Origin: Eledone cirrhosa | Lineage: Eukaryota | Direction of reading: 5' to 3' | DNA: 64,000 nt | Assembly: GCA_964016885.1 (NCBI GenBank) | Contig: OZ024741.1 | Coordinates: 231,260,001-231,324,000, forward strand | Shown here: positions 51,225 to 64,000 of the stretch, in pieces | Layout of the letters: every line of letters begins with the position of its first letter | How positions within the stretch are numbered: the stretch's first letter is position 1 | Notes under the pieces: generated by a model | What the model was told of the DNA's origin: nothing | The model's database searches: none | The model's input: the letters and a program-made list of their open reading frames with translations, nothing else | Program-made: the position numbers and the translations under genes

Positions 51225-53830
51225 ATAGTTAGGGAAGCAGAAAAATTGCTTTTTGTGATCCAGTTCGTGGTTAAGAAAGCTAGTTTCATGGATGGTTTCA
51301 ACGTACGGTTTGGGGTAACTCCACAAGTTTGTAAGAATTCCGTTCAATCTTGGAGTATAAAGTATAAAAGAGAAAACACAGGTAAGCATTAAGAGAAGGA
51401 TTTTATCCAGGTATTTACGACCGTTTCGTTGGTAAGTGCAACCTTATATTGCTATACTGCAAATAGCAGCCACTCAATTATAATTGTTGTTCACAGTCCA
51501 AATTTTCCAAATAGTGAGTAAGTTACTCTTGAAATAATTCTTAATATATAGAGAAAAACATTTATTTGGAATTGTATTTACTAGTATAGAGAGAGAGGAA
51601 TCAGAAGGTGAGAGGACAAACGGAATAGTATAGAGAGAGAGAGGAAGGGGGAGGATGTAGTAAGTAGAGTGACAAACTGAGATGGAGGGAGAGGTAGTGG
51701 TGGAAGGATTCCTTGATCAGTTTTGATATTCAGACTTCATGTCGTGGAATGTAGTGAGTTAAAGAGAATTAAATTGATCATAGTGGGAGGGATAGATAGA
51801 GAGATAGAGGGGGGAGGAGATATAAAGAGATAAATATATATATAAAAAATAAAGATAAAGATAATAATGACAAAAATAAAAGCAAAGAAGGGGTGAGAAA
51901 GAAGAAAAGAAAAGATAGCCAAGAAGGGGAGGGAAGGAAGGAAGAAAACGAAGAAATAGAAGAGGAATGAAGGGGAGGGGGTATATAGGTATTGGTTTTT
52001 GTGTGTAATTAAAAGGGTTTAGATACAACAAGAGGGTAAGTCTAAGTATATACAGTTTGTCAGTTGGTAGTAAGAGGTTAAGGGTTCGATTTGCACTTGT
52101 AGTGCGAAAAGTTCTCTTTGAGTCTATGGTTAAAATAAATTGATCTTTCGATTTTATTGTTGAGTAACTTATTCTTCGAACTCAAGATGTGGAACAGCTC
52201 AAGGTCGCATAATCGACAGCTTCTCATACCACTCCGATATGGGGGCGCGTTCGATAATTTTTTCCACTTCAGGGTGTATTGATGGTTACTTTCCCTCAGT
52301 TGCCAGGTCTTGTTTGCAAGGGTAGTTACATAACGATGCTGGGAATGTTTCATTGAGTAATGGTGTGTATACCAACGGGCTTGAAATGTATTCCCAGTCG
52401 CTCCGATGTAATACCATTTCTGGTTGTCTGATTCCACTGTGCATTGGTAAACCAGGTTAGACTGCATACATTCATTATGTAATGGACAGGTTTCAGGTAG
52501 GTGGCAGTTACAATTCTTGTCATGGGCANNNNNNNNNNNNNNNNNNNNNNNNNNNNNNNNNNNNNNNNNNNNNNNNNNNNNNNNNNNNNNNNNNNNNNNN
52601 NNNNNNNNNNNNNNNNNNNNNNNNNNNNNNNNNNNNNNNNNNNNNNNNNNNNNNNNNNNNNNNNNNNNNNNNNNNNNNNNNNNNNNNNNNNNNNNNNNNN
52701 NNNNNNNNNNNNNNNNNNNNNNNNNNNNCATGGGCAACTTTGGCATTATTGGTAGGCTGCGATGCCTGTACAAGTGTGTTACATTTTGTTTGCCTATTAG
52801 CGGGTGGTTGTGTATTAGACATTATGTTGTGTTCAATGGTGATTGTATTGTTATTGTTGTAAATTTGTGTTTTGGTGTTGTTATGTATCTTTTTAGCGTT
52901 AAGCTATGTGTGCCTCTATATTTGGTGCCGTGGAGTAAGATAGTCTAATAGATTTAGTGTTAAGGATGTTGCTGTATCTATGTGAATCCGGAAAGTGCTT
53001 ATTTATTATTCTAAAGAAGGTAGAGGGTAGGTTAGTACTAATAGAGGTGTTAAATATGCGGTCACACCAAATATATTTTCTACTACGTGACTTGTTTGAT
53101 TTCGATGTTGTATTTCTTTTTACCGTATACTTTGCAGTTCTATGCGTAAGTGCATGTGTGCGTGTGTTTCCAGAGTTTGTGTTATGCGTGTTTGTGTGCG
53201 CTTTACGGAGGCTCTCATCTATATATTCTACTCTATCTAAGTGGCCTGCCTTGTCTAATGCGGTATTGTAGTATTCTGCATGTTCTTCGAAGATTTGTCA
53301 GTTAGACGAGAGGCGGGAGATCCTAAGGGATATGCTGCGTGGAATGGATTTAATTATGGATAGTGGGTGGTTTCAGTTACAGTTGATGTATGCTAAGTTT
53401 TCATTAATCTTGTGAAAAGGTCTTATAAGTCCCGTATTTAGGTTAAGCGTCGCGTCTAGAAAGTTAACTGTTTTAGTGCTATACTCATACGTTTTGCTAA
53501 GGCCTAGTTTCCTGAGAGTCTTTCTAATATTCTTACGGAGTCTTTCAATGCTCTGGTTATTTAAGTTCTTAACTAGGAGAAGGGCCTTGTCTCTGTAGAT
53601 TCCACCGTGAAGGTCGCTAAACTCGCTTGTAAACTGTGAGCTATGTAAATACTTACTAAATCTGTGACTTGAGCCGAGTCGTTAGCCAGCCCCCATCGTG
53701 ATATCAAATGTATTTAATGTATCCATACGTTCCCAATAGGCGTTTTCAAATTTAATTATTGTTTTCCTGGCAGCTAATATGATTATTATCTCGTCGTCTG
53801 TTATGTCAGAATTGGCTTTGGCGAATGCTA
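51225..53830 (-). mobile_element. Third Naiad-like Penelope element, 5'-truncated, spanning an assembly gap
   Basis: GGIYRD RT region at about 53600, CNCHLPETCPL, LVYQC..YYIGAT, CRLC; terminal repeat with hammerhead-like motif at 51412-51513. Confidence 0.85.
52529..52728. other. Assembly gap (200 N)
   Basis: Run of N. Confidence 1.
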
Positions 53831-54176
53831 AGACCATGTGACCTCTGCGCCCTGAGGCCCTGGAAATACTCTACGCCACAGACCACATCTTAAACAAAAA
53901 GTCTGAGGCAATTTCGGCATGTAAACATAAATTGCACAAAACTTTCCTGTATTAAAGCCCCACATTATAAACTAAGGCTATACATTTCAGACAACACTAA
54001 GAGAATTTTAAAAGTGACTGTCCAGCTACACGTGGGAGAGATAAGTCACCCCGTGTTTAAGGGCAGTGAACCAGTGGCCTCTAAGGGACGAACTGCTAGA
54101 AAGGGCAGCCCAAAACCACTCAGAGAAGTGTTCTCAACCAAACAGAGATAGGAAAGACTGTTATAAGGAGCGAAAT

Positions 54177-54428
54177 ATCACGATAAATTAACGGAGCCAT
54201 AGGCCCTCGCTATTCCCTGTAAATAATGGGCTCAAAGGAGAAGAAATCCTGAGCTCTTTAAAATACAATATGTTGAAAAGGTAACACACAAGAGAGAGAT
54301 ATACAGTGCGCTATCAATAAAAACCTTTTCAACATATTGTATTTTAAAGAGCTCAGGATTTCTTCTCCTTTGAGCACATTATTTAGAGGGAATAGCGAGG
54401 GCCTATGGCTCCGTTAATTTATCGTGAT
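54177..54428. repeat. About 105-bp inverted repeat with 40-bp spacer
   Basis: 54177-54282 is reverse-complementary to 54323-54428. Confidence 0.9.
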
Positions 54429-54429
54429 T

Positions 54430-54509
<80 letters not shown>

Positions 54510-54512
<3 letters not shown>

Positions 54513-54910
54513 ATACTCTGGGAGGGTCATGTTGCCAATAAGAAACACAGGTACCAGTTGCTTTAAATCCAACTTATTATAGATTAAATTATGAATTTAA
54601 AAAAAATTAATTTCCGGTTGGTTTATTGGTTCCACAACCGGACGGTTGTTCATATCTTGTCAAAGTTCTTACGTCACACGTCATGTGACCTCTTCAGTGA
54701 CTGGGGATTCTTTTCTTTGTTTTGTGTCTCTCCTTTGTTCTGTCTTACGCCATCTTGTTTGTGTGTGTGTGTTGTGTGCTTAGTATGCGGATCTCCAACC
54801 GGAAATTTATAAATTTTTAAATTTATAATTTAATTTATAATAAATTGGAGTTAAGCATCTGGTGCGTGTGTTTCTTATTGGCAACATGACCCTCCCAACG
54901 TATAACAATA
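54510..54910. repeat. Inverted-repeat-bounded Penelope-type terminal fragment with a degenerate hammerhead (54659-54701 minus)
   Basis: Ends GGGAGGGTCATGTTGCCAATAAGAAACAC are inverted; GUCA-CUGAAGA-GGUCACA/UGUGAC-GUAA-GAAC-UU-UGAC. Confidence 0.65.
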
Positions 54911-54963
54911 TCGGTTTCAACACACGTTTTCAGATAAAGAATCTTGCTAAACAAATTCAGAAA

Positions 54964-55060
<97 letters not shown>

Positions 55061-55074
55061 TATATATATAGTCA

Positions 55075-55252
55075 TTTTTTTCTATTTTAGGCACAAGGCC
55101 AGCAATTACCCAGTACATTACTCGTACTTTATTTTATCGACACCGTAAGGATGAAAGGCAAAGTTAACCTCGGCCGGATTTGAACTTAGATCGTAAAGGG
55201 GCGTAACTATGCTGGAAAGCATGTCCGACCCCCAACCGATACTGCCAATTCA
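55075..55252 (-). mobile_element. SINE family 1
   Basis: Family match on the minus strand. Confidence 0.88.
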
Positions 55253-55339
55253 GTAGTAATAATAAATTTGAAGACTAAAATCCAAAGTGGGCTCGATAAG
55301 GATAAATATATATGACATATATAAGAACCGTAGAGAAAC

Positions 55340-55475
55340 TATTTATTAAAATAACAGATTAAAGTTTAAGCAGAAAATCGCTGCTTTCACCCTTAGCAGG
55401 ATCTTCTGAAACTCCTGTTAAGAGTGAAAGCCGCGATCCTTTGCTTAAACTTTAATCTGTTATTTTAATAAATAA
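55340..55475. repeat. Second palindromic copy of the CAGAAGA hammerhead family
   Basis: Homologous to 33714-33853, with a different, asymmetric centre. Confidence 0.82.
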
Positions 55476-55496
55476 ATATATATATATATATAGAAA

Positions 55497-56400
55497 CTAG
55501 CATTAAAGCCCGGCGTTGCTCGAGGTCAGTAAGTTACCAAAGTTAGGTTGCACGACCCATTTTATGGCAGCACCTTTTTGTCTGCCAGGCACTGGGTGAA
55601 TGAATTGCAGACATGGACTGCCGAAGCAGGACCTGCGCCAGCAGTGACAATTGTAGTTTCGCCTATGGATATTATCTCTGTGCAAAGAAGTGTTGAATTT
55701 TTTTGTTTCACAGTACTTGCGCAACATGCGCGTAGACGATGCCAGCCGAACAACAGAGCTGCGATGGAGTTGTTCTGCATGGTTGTCTAATGTGTGTTTT
55801 CTAAATTTAAGACAGTAGGGAGGGGTGTGATATGTGGGAGAGTTAGCTACTGTTTCTAGCAGGTTTAGTGACCTCATAGAGGATATGTTTTCTAAATTTC
55901 AGACATTAGGGAGTGGTGTGATATGGGGGAGAGTTAGCTGCTGTTTATAGCAGCTTTAGTGACCACATAGAGGATATTATTGTGTATAGTAAATGAACTG
56001 ATAAATTTATCGCCATTTTTCGTTGTTGTTGAATACATTTATCTGTTGCTTTTGAATATGGGGAGAGTTAACTGCTGTTTCTAGCAGGTTTAGTGACCTC
56101 ATAGAGGATATGTTTTCTACATTTAAGACAGTAAGGAGTGGTTTGATATGGGGGAGAGTTAATTGCTGTTTCTAGCAGGTTTAGTGACCTCATAGAGGAT
56201 ATTATTGTGTATAGTAAATGAACTGATACTTCTTTCTTCCACGTTCGTTGATAGATGTTTTAAAAAAGATGTATCGCTATTGTTTTTGTTGTTGAATAAA
56301 TTTATCTGTTGCTTTTGAATAATTGTTGTTTCGTATGAAATTAAATAAGTTCTCTTTGTCAATGAAGTAAATAAATGTTTAACCGTTCCACACTCAAAAC
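55497..56400 (-). mobile_element. Helitron 3' terminus with internal about 69-bp tandem repeats
   Basis: Minus strand ends CCTCGAGCAACGCCGGG-CTTTAATG-CTAG followed by T (hairpin plus CTAG); repeats at 55790-56230. Confidence 0.7.
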
Positions 56401-56403
56401 AAA

Positions 56404-56480
<77 letters not shown>

Positions 56481-56538
56481 CACTCACTCCCTCTCTCTCT
56501 CTTAAAGTTTGTAAGTTTAATCATCATCATCATCATTA

Positions 56539-56700
56539 TCTATAAAAGGCAGATTGTTGTTGTTGTGTGTGTGTGTGTCCATGTTCCATGTTTATACATT
56601 TGCACAATTTCAAACCGATTCGACTCAAAGTCTGTAAGAATGTTGTAAATGGACCAACTCCTAAACAAGTAAGACGAACTGGTAACTGCATGCAGACACA
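56539..56700 (+). mobile_element. Possible 5' end of a non-autonomous Helitron/DINE-like element
   Basis: A|TC start, TCTATAAAAGGCAGA, (TG)n, then ACCGATT. Confidence 0.4.
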
Positions 56701-57094
56701 GATTGCGTAGGACCTACCTCGCCCTCAAACCCCATAATGACCCGTGGGGGGGGGGGTAGACAAGGGCCGAAACACGCCACTTGCCTACCTTGTAAGGGGT
56801 AACCCCTGCTTACAACGGTAGACGTAACTTTTTTATATTTTTTTTATCTTTTCCTCTATAGTTGCTTTTTCCCCCATCTCTTTCTAGTCCTTCGACCCCA
56901 GATCTCCTTCCTTGTCGTATTTTTTTTTTCGACTTTTCACCCACCCCGATGCAGCCCATCGGTCCTCTGTAGCCTCAGCACCCCCCTTAATTTTAAGATA
57001 GAATTGGCCGATTACCCTTTTATAGCAGATATGTTAGACCCCAGATAATTGCCTTCTTTCTGGTTGCTGCTCAATTTCCATGGTTTCTAAATTA

Positions 57095-57472
57095 CTTAGT
57101 GGTATTTCTGCATTGGTATTCTTGTATCAGTATTTATTGTATTAGTATTCTGAATTAATATTTCGTATTAGTTTTTTAGTACGTTTGCCCTCAACTTATT
57201 AACCTGTCATTGTAAGATAGCATTGGCTGATTATTACTAACTATTGCAGTGGTGTTTGACACCCTGCAAAGATTGCTTTATACATTCTTAGTGGTATTTT
57301 TGCTCTAGTATTATTGGTATTAGTATGCATTAGCATTCTGAATTAATAGTTCGTATTAGGTTTTTAGTATGTTTGTCCTCAACTTATTAACCTGTCATCG
57401 CAAGATAGCATTGGCTGATTACTATTAACTTTTGCAGTGGTATCAGATCCCCTGTAAAGATGGCTTTATAAA
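57095..57472. repeat. About 190-bp diverged tandem duplication
   Basis: 57095-57280 resembles 57287-57472. Confidence 0.85.
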
Positions 57473-57924
57473 GTGCTTTCACTACAATCCCGTATTTACC
57501 ATTTTCCCCACCTCTTAAACTGTTCTATAGCTTAACAATACCAATGAGAGATTTGGGGATGGTGGGGATGGAATAGTAACCAGAAATTGCTGTTTATTTA
57601 TATATTTGTTTTTTATATATTTATCTCCTCATCTTTATAATGGCTCGTTTGTTTACTCCCTTTCGATTTACCTACTTATTCAACTCCCCCCTCCCCTTCT
57701 CCAGTACACTATTTTCGACCTTCTATACACTATCCTTAGAATCTGCCGTATAGATTTCACTTTCAACGCTTGACTGGGCTTCCCCCACTCCCTCTTTGTT
57801 CTCCGGCCAAGTTCAGCTACCCCAATCCTACCTTCCACTAAATGCCGCGATAGAATCAACTGTCTTTACAACACATTTTTGACCAATTCTCTTGACAATA
57901 TATGGAATTAACATATATGTAATT

Positions 57925-58020
57925 ACCCCCTGAGAAGTTCGGCTATTTATTTACCAGGCTAAAAATTCTTATTTAGTCCAGAATTAGCCGTCGAAACGGC
58001 TTGAGCTCTGCCGTCGGGGT
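57925..58020 (+). ncRNA. Hammerhead motif with long helix II and variant core
   Basis: ACCCC-CUGAGAA-[CGGCUA..UAGCCG]-GAA-ACGGC-UUGAGCUCU-GCCGU-C-GGGGU; GUC cleavage triplet. Confidence 0.68.
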
Positions 58021-58030
58021 CATACGTGTT

Positions 58031-58121
<91 letters not shown>

Positions 58122-59613
58122 ATATAGTAATAATAATAAATGTGAAGACTGAAATCCAAAGAGGGCTCGATAAGGATAAATATATATCAAATATATAAGA
58201 ACCCTAGACCAAATATTATAACGGAAATAAAAGACCATGCGATCTTTGCGCCGCTGAAGCGCTGGAAATACTCTACGGCAATGATCACATCTTGAACAAA
58301 AAATCTGAGGCAATTTCTGCTTGTAAACACAGATTCCATAAAACTTTCCTGTATTATAGACCAACATTTTGCCCTAACGGATAGTACGAGTAATACGCGG
58401 ATAATTTACGTCTTGATATGGTAGATAAGTATATTCTATGTTTATACCATTACTTATTTTTGTAGGTAAGTATACCTTACCAGTATGTTTTGTGAAGGTA
58501 CGTCTACTTTGTCGTACGTATATTTGCTTGTATTTGTTATAGGTGTATATATTATATCCTATATACTGGTATATGTGTATATGGTTATGTATATATGTGT
58601 ACATTGGGTTTTGGTGTACGTACGTTTGGTGAACATATGTGTATTTACTCGTAGGTATGTGTGTGCGTGCGTTATATACGTATTTGTTTGTCTATATTTA
58701 TATACGTTTATATAATTATATGTTTACACACACATATATATATATTTATACGTACTAGCTAGTCCTTATTTTGTCTTGTTTTGAGACCTTTGCCTGCTAT
58801 TTCTAGCATATCCTTTCCTTTTCTGTTGTCCTCTGGGCTTTGGGTGCTATTTCTAGCATGCATTTTAATGTCCTTCCGTTTTTTCACATTTTATGGGATT
58901 TAGTTGTTCTTTCTAGCAGGTCCCTCCTCAATATAAATCTGCTGGTACAAGTCTGGCGGGGGCTGTCCTTGATGAGCTGGGATCTTAAGCCAGCCCACTA
59001 CCCTAATAACGATGAAACTCCACAAATGAGAAATATTTTGAGGAAAATATACTAATTATTAAAGTAAACATGTAAATCAGTTGTAAAAATTTACACGAAA
59101 GTGACATTAGGTTTATTTCCCAGCTTGCTAGAAATAGCAGCCAAATATTTCTCTTCCATCTCGTTAGTGTTCTTGAGCAAGACACTTCATTTCACATTGC
59201 CCCAGTCCACGTAGTTACATATACACATATACATACATACATACATGATGATGACTGCCCCTTCGTTATCGAGTATGGCCATTGTACGATATAACATTAT
59301 TAATAATTATTAATTAATTCTATCATGCAATATACATACATACATACATACATACACCATATCGTTAGGTGAAGCGGTCAGTTTGCTGCGAATCTACAAA
59401 TATTGGAACTTTTCCAAATTGATTATTAAATATTATCTTAAAAATTAATAAATAAATAAAGAGCTTTAATATTCTTAAAATGTTTATATGCTTAAAGTAA
59501 TTTTAGTAAATTAATGTTATTGCTTGTCTTGCTTGTATTCACTTCTTTAAAAACAAACCTCAGTGCGACTACCACAGTTGTTATAACTTTGTCTTATCTC
59601 ATTATGTTCTTTT

Positions 59614-59792
59614 TGGCAGTATCGGTAGAGGGTTGGACGCCATGCTTTCTAGCATAGTTACGTCCCTTTATGGTCTGAGTTCAAATCCCATCGAGGTAAA
59701 CTTTGCCTTTCATCCTTACGGTGTCGATAAAATAAAGTACCAGTAATGTACTGGGTAATTGCTGGCCTTGTGCCAATTGTAGAAACAATTAT
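59614..59792 (+). mobile_element. SINE family 1
   Basis: Family match. Confidence 0.88.
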
Positions 59793-60144
59793 GTTCTTTA
59801 CAAACCCGTTTATAAGGTTTTATTAGCTTTTCTCATCGGAAACATCAACCATTTACCCCTCTCTCTATATATATGTATATCTTATACTCTTTCTCCCTCT
59901 TCCTCTAATAATAGAGTAAAAGTAAAGATAGGGAAAGCAATAAGAGGTAGATAGAGTACAAGAAACAAAGAGAGGGTGACAGAATTGAGTGTGTAACACA
60001 TTTGTCTTTCTATCTCTCTCTATTTCTCCCCCTCCTTCGCCGTATTATTGCCTCTTACTACTCCTCATAAACGTTGGTCGCCGCGCTTCCTTTCGGGTAA
60101 ACAAAGAAACACAAAAGAGGTATGGGCGATAACTCTGTTTGTGG

Positions 60145-60385
60145 ATTTAGCAGAGTTCGAACCCTCGTAAGGTCGTAATGCTAATGTTAGTAAGCCGAGC
60201 CGCTAACCATTCGTCCACATAAGTAACTGCTCGCAGCGACCTCTTTCTGTAATCAGTAAAACTAAATGAAAAGAGTAGGAGATAACTCCATCGGTCACAT
60301 AGAGAAGAGTGTCAGATTCGAAACATGTAACGCCATAGCCGTGAAGTTAGTAAGTCGAGTTGTTACTAACTCCGCCATGTATTTG
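60145..60385 (-). other. Two tandem tRNA-like Pol III A/B-box modules
   Basis: TGGCGGAGTTAG..CGACTTACTAAC..GTTTCGAATC (60310-60380) and GTGGACGAATGG..CGGCTTACTAAC..GGTTCGAACTC (60150-60218). Confidence 0.55.
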
Positions 60386-60550
60386 GCCACTGGAAAAACT
60401 TTGCAAAAATAAAGTTTATAAAGACAAAGCAAATTTTATATGACGCCATTTTGCTTTTTATTCTTTGTTTTACTGTCTTATTCCTTAATCAATTTCACTT
60501 AATTTTATTAAATATCCGATGTGAGTCTTATTAAACTACTGTATCTTTAT

Positions 60551-63500
60551 TTATGTGACAATTGCAACTTTTATTTCTACATGTTTCATGTATATGGAAC
60601 AAATTATGCCTATATACTTTTCATAACCCCTTTCATTTAATATTTTTATATTTTCTTTTGTTGTAACTCGTGATAATGCAACATACATTTGACCATGTGA
60701 AAAGAATTGTATTGGTAGATATACACCTATCTTTTCAAATGTCTGCCCTTGCGCCTTGTTGCATGTAAGAGCAAAGGCTGGTTTGACAGGAAATTGCTTG
60801 CGAGTAAAGGTGAAAGGGAACTCAAGCTTTTGAGATACATTTGGTATTCTTGTGGTTAGCAACCTTGTACCAGCATTGGGACCCAATGTCACTTCAGCTT
60901 CAATTACATGATTATGTAAACTGATGATTATGTAGCGTGTACCATTGCAATGCCCGTTTAGAGGATCCAGATTTCTCATAAGCATGAAGCAACTACATTT
61001 CTTCAGTTTAAGTATGTGTGTTGGGAAGCCTGATGGGGTAAGTTTGTTGATGTACTCAATTGGATATTGCAGTTCATTAACTACTGTATCAGAGCTTCTG
61101 TAGATTATTTCATGACTAAAGAACTTATCGACCATGAACTCATTCACCAATCTTGCTGCATAATTTGTTGGAGTGATAATGGCTCTATTTGCAACCCATA
61201 GTGGGTTTGTTTAGTTTCCTGGAAGATTTGTATACACAAAATCACAACAGTCCAGACACATTACCATATTCCAGACAAAGTTCATTTGGCAGAAGTATTG
61301 TGAATGCACCTACAGTTGGAACTGTTGGAATGTTACCATTTCCCACACCAAGAAGGTAGTTTGCAAACTGTCTGTCATCAGAATACTCTGTATTAATTAA
61401 CCGTTGATTGGTTCTCATATCCATGGTTTCTGCATAGTCCCAAAGATAGGATTTCTTCATGGTTGCCTCAACTATTTGTGGTCTAGCACCATGACGTACA
61501 ACTGGAAGAATTTGTTTCCAATCACCAGATAGTAATACTGTTAGACCATCAAATGGCTTTTTGCAATCTCGAACATCTTTGAAGCTCCTGTCAAGCCATT
61601 CAAAGATATGCTTATGTCCCATACCTATCTCATCAAGGATTAGCAGGTCAGCTTGCTGCATAAGTTTACCTGTGCCATCCCTCTTTGTGAAGAAGCAAGT
61701 TGATTCAGCAGTCTCATTGAGAGGAATCTTGCACTTGGAATGAAGCGTTCTACCTTAGAAGAAAAGTGGCTGCTATTCCAGATATGGCAGTGGCAAGTGC
61801 AATTTCCTTTTAGATCGGAGGTAATCTAATAGGATGTTTATGACATAGGTCTTTCCTGTACCTGCACTTGCATTCAAGCAGAACATTCTGCATTCATTTT
61901 AATTTACAGAGGTGATTACTTTGTGAAAAATAACCAGTTGCTCTGGATTCAATGTTGGCAGAAGTTCATTTATGTTTGCTTGCAGTTGGTGTGTATTGAA
62001 ATCAGTTTCTGCCATAAGAACCCTGTTGATTTCTGGTATGGCAACAATAGTTGGATCTGGCCGAGGTAGTCCATAGTTGGTATGAATGTCCAAGCCATCA
62101 TGTTGAAGTCTTTGTTGGATCTTCGGTTGAACGATCTGCACGGTTTGCATGGGCATGACTTGCTCACGACGTTCATGCATGATATCCTCTGCAAGACAAT
62201 TCTTCCATATCTCCCAGAATTGCAGAGGGTCATTTGGCATGCAGTACAATAAAATGGTGCAGAAGATCTCTCGCAGCTGAGGACCAAGTGTAATGGATGA
62301 GGCCTCTTCCATAGCTTTGTCTTTTTCTCCATCTTCATCTAACAGAACAAGTTTCCTGCATGCTTCTTGGAATGTTGGAAATTCAACTCCTTCAATTGTC
62401 CTCAATTCTGTGTATGAAGTGGGTCAACATCACAAGGCCTTGTGATGTAGTATCATTCTGAGGAAATATAATTCAGATTGATGTCTACTGAGAGATACTG
62501 TTGGAATTCGTCCAAGAGATTCACTCATAAATTGTTGATGACCATCCAGATGTCCCTTTTTTCTTCTTTGCCACTTGTTGTTTGTCCAGATGAAATATTT
62601 AGGATTATCAATATACAATATGTTTTGTGACAGTGGATCTCTAATATTCAGTTGAAAATATTCCGTCAACTTAGTCATTAGCTGTCCCCTAGAAACAACA
62701 CTTTCTTCCTGCCCTCGCTTATGCACGCCCATTTGTTCCCCAGGTAAATGGCACGGCAAAATTTCAACTGGCGGTTTTCGATGATGTAATGGAAATTTAT
62801 AGATTCTCCAGAATGCTTCACTGACTGAGATGTACCGTGCATTGATATAGGTCTGAATCTCATTTTGGGCATGGACATAATTTCCTTGATCATCCTTTAT
62901 ATTGAAAGTGAGCTTGTTTGATCGATTCGTGATGTACTTATATAAGTTCTTAACAGCCTTGACACTGTGGACAACCTCACAATAGATGTGGCACTGATAT
63001 CTCAATGAGGGGAAGGGTTGTATAGAACAATCCAACGATTATCAACAGTAAGTTCATGACCTTTTAAGTTTGATTGTGTGACCACCATGCTGTCTATCAC
63101 TTCTTTTATACTCCGGAAAAGAATTTTCGGCAACAAATGTGGTTTGTCTGAATGACTTGGAATAACTTTTTGAGCAATGGCGTTGTTGTCCTAGCCCTTC
63201 CATACATGGGCAAATCATATTAGCTTGTCCACATGGGCCATGAATGCTGCAGGATATGATGTTCTTATGCAGAATTGGATTGGTCTATTTATCAGCAATC
63301 TCACAGTACACTACCTGATCAATGGCATCAGCAGTTTTGCGTTTGTTATATTCAGCCATTATCAGCAGAATATGAGCATAAGTGAGGCCTCGTCTCTGCT
63401 ACTCTATTGTAGCAGAATGAACCACAACTTTTCCTAGGACATTTTCTTTCAGTATGTCATCCATGAGGCTGTCATACTTCATCTTGAAGATCCTTGCACA

Positions 63501-64000
63501 AATATCAGGACGGCCTGTAGGTTCTTCACCAGGGTGCAAACTATTTTTTTATTTCATCCCAGTTAGGGTTAATTGTTACCGTGATGAAATAAGATGGCTT
63601 TCCCATCTGTCGAACCGCAGTCATCGAATTCTGAAAGCACTCACTGTAGAAACGAGGTGAACCATAGATTGAAGGAGGAAGACCAATTCTCCGGCATGCA
63701 TTTATTGAATCTCCTTCAGCTACAGCATCATACAAACTCTCATACTTTTCAGATCGTTTCATGGTTTGATCGGTGCGGACCCATTTGAGGCGACAATGTT
63801 CTATTTTTGCCTGGGCATCTACAGCATATTGCTGCATCAGCCGCCTGATCTTCATGTAAATGTTACAGTCATCTTGCCTAACCTGAAACCGATAACAGTA
63901 GAAATCAGTGGGTGTGAGTGTGTGGTTGTTGTCAATCCTTTTCAAACCAACCTGAAACCCATCATTCCCCCAAGGAAACAGCAGCACATAATGCAGAGGA
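60551..64000 (-). pseudogene. Helitron Rep-PIF1 helicase, fragmented, runs off the right edge
   Basis: LPPSIYGSPR, KPSYFITVT.NP.W, KNLYKY, GTGKT, LILDE, GDWKQILPV, RNLDPLNGHCNGTR, RKQFPVKPAFALTCNKAQGQT, SHGQMYVALSRV. Confidence 0.93.

Noticed and set aside
54323-54428. Hammerhead in the 105-bp inverted repeat
   Set aside because: A GCTCA/TGAGC stem is present but no GAAA or helix III.
55790-56230. CRISPR-like array
   Set aside because: Contiguous tandem units with no unique spacers, eukaryotic context, no cas genes.

Overview
Repeat-dense eukaryotic DNA; the SINE families suggest an octopod cephalopod (inference). Almost the whole window is transposon-filled sequence around a + strand gene, of which only two 135-bp EGF-repeat exons are visible (25454-25588, 43126-43260). 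1-21.8 kb is a stack of Tx1/L1-type non-LTR retrotransposons and a SINE joined mostly through (ATT)n tracts, including one intact two-ORF element (10411-16476). 26-58 kb is dominated by Penelope-like elements (Naiad-like and Neptune-like) and their ORF-less inverted terminal fragments in (TA)n, carrying about ten families of type I hammerhead ribozyme motifs, several with non-canonical cores. The right end holds a decayed Helitron. Most novel candidate: a splice donor at the Tx1 ORF1 stop, conserved 39-40 nt before ORF2 in four divergent copies, and a strong acceptor in the 3' UTR; together they would excise all of ORF2 and give an in-frame ORF1-only mRNA. All alignments and folds were done by eye; boundaries of decayed elements are approximate.
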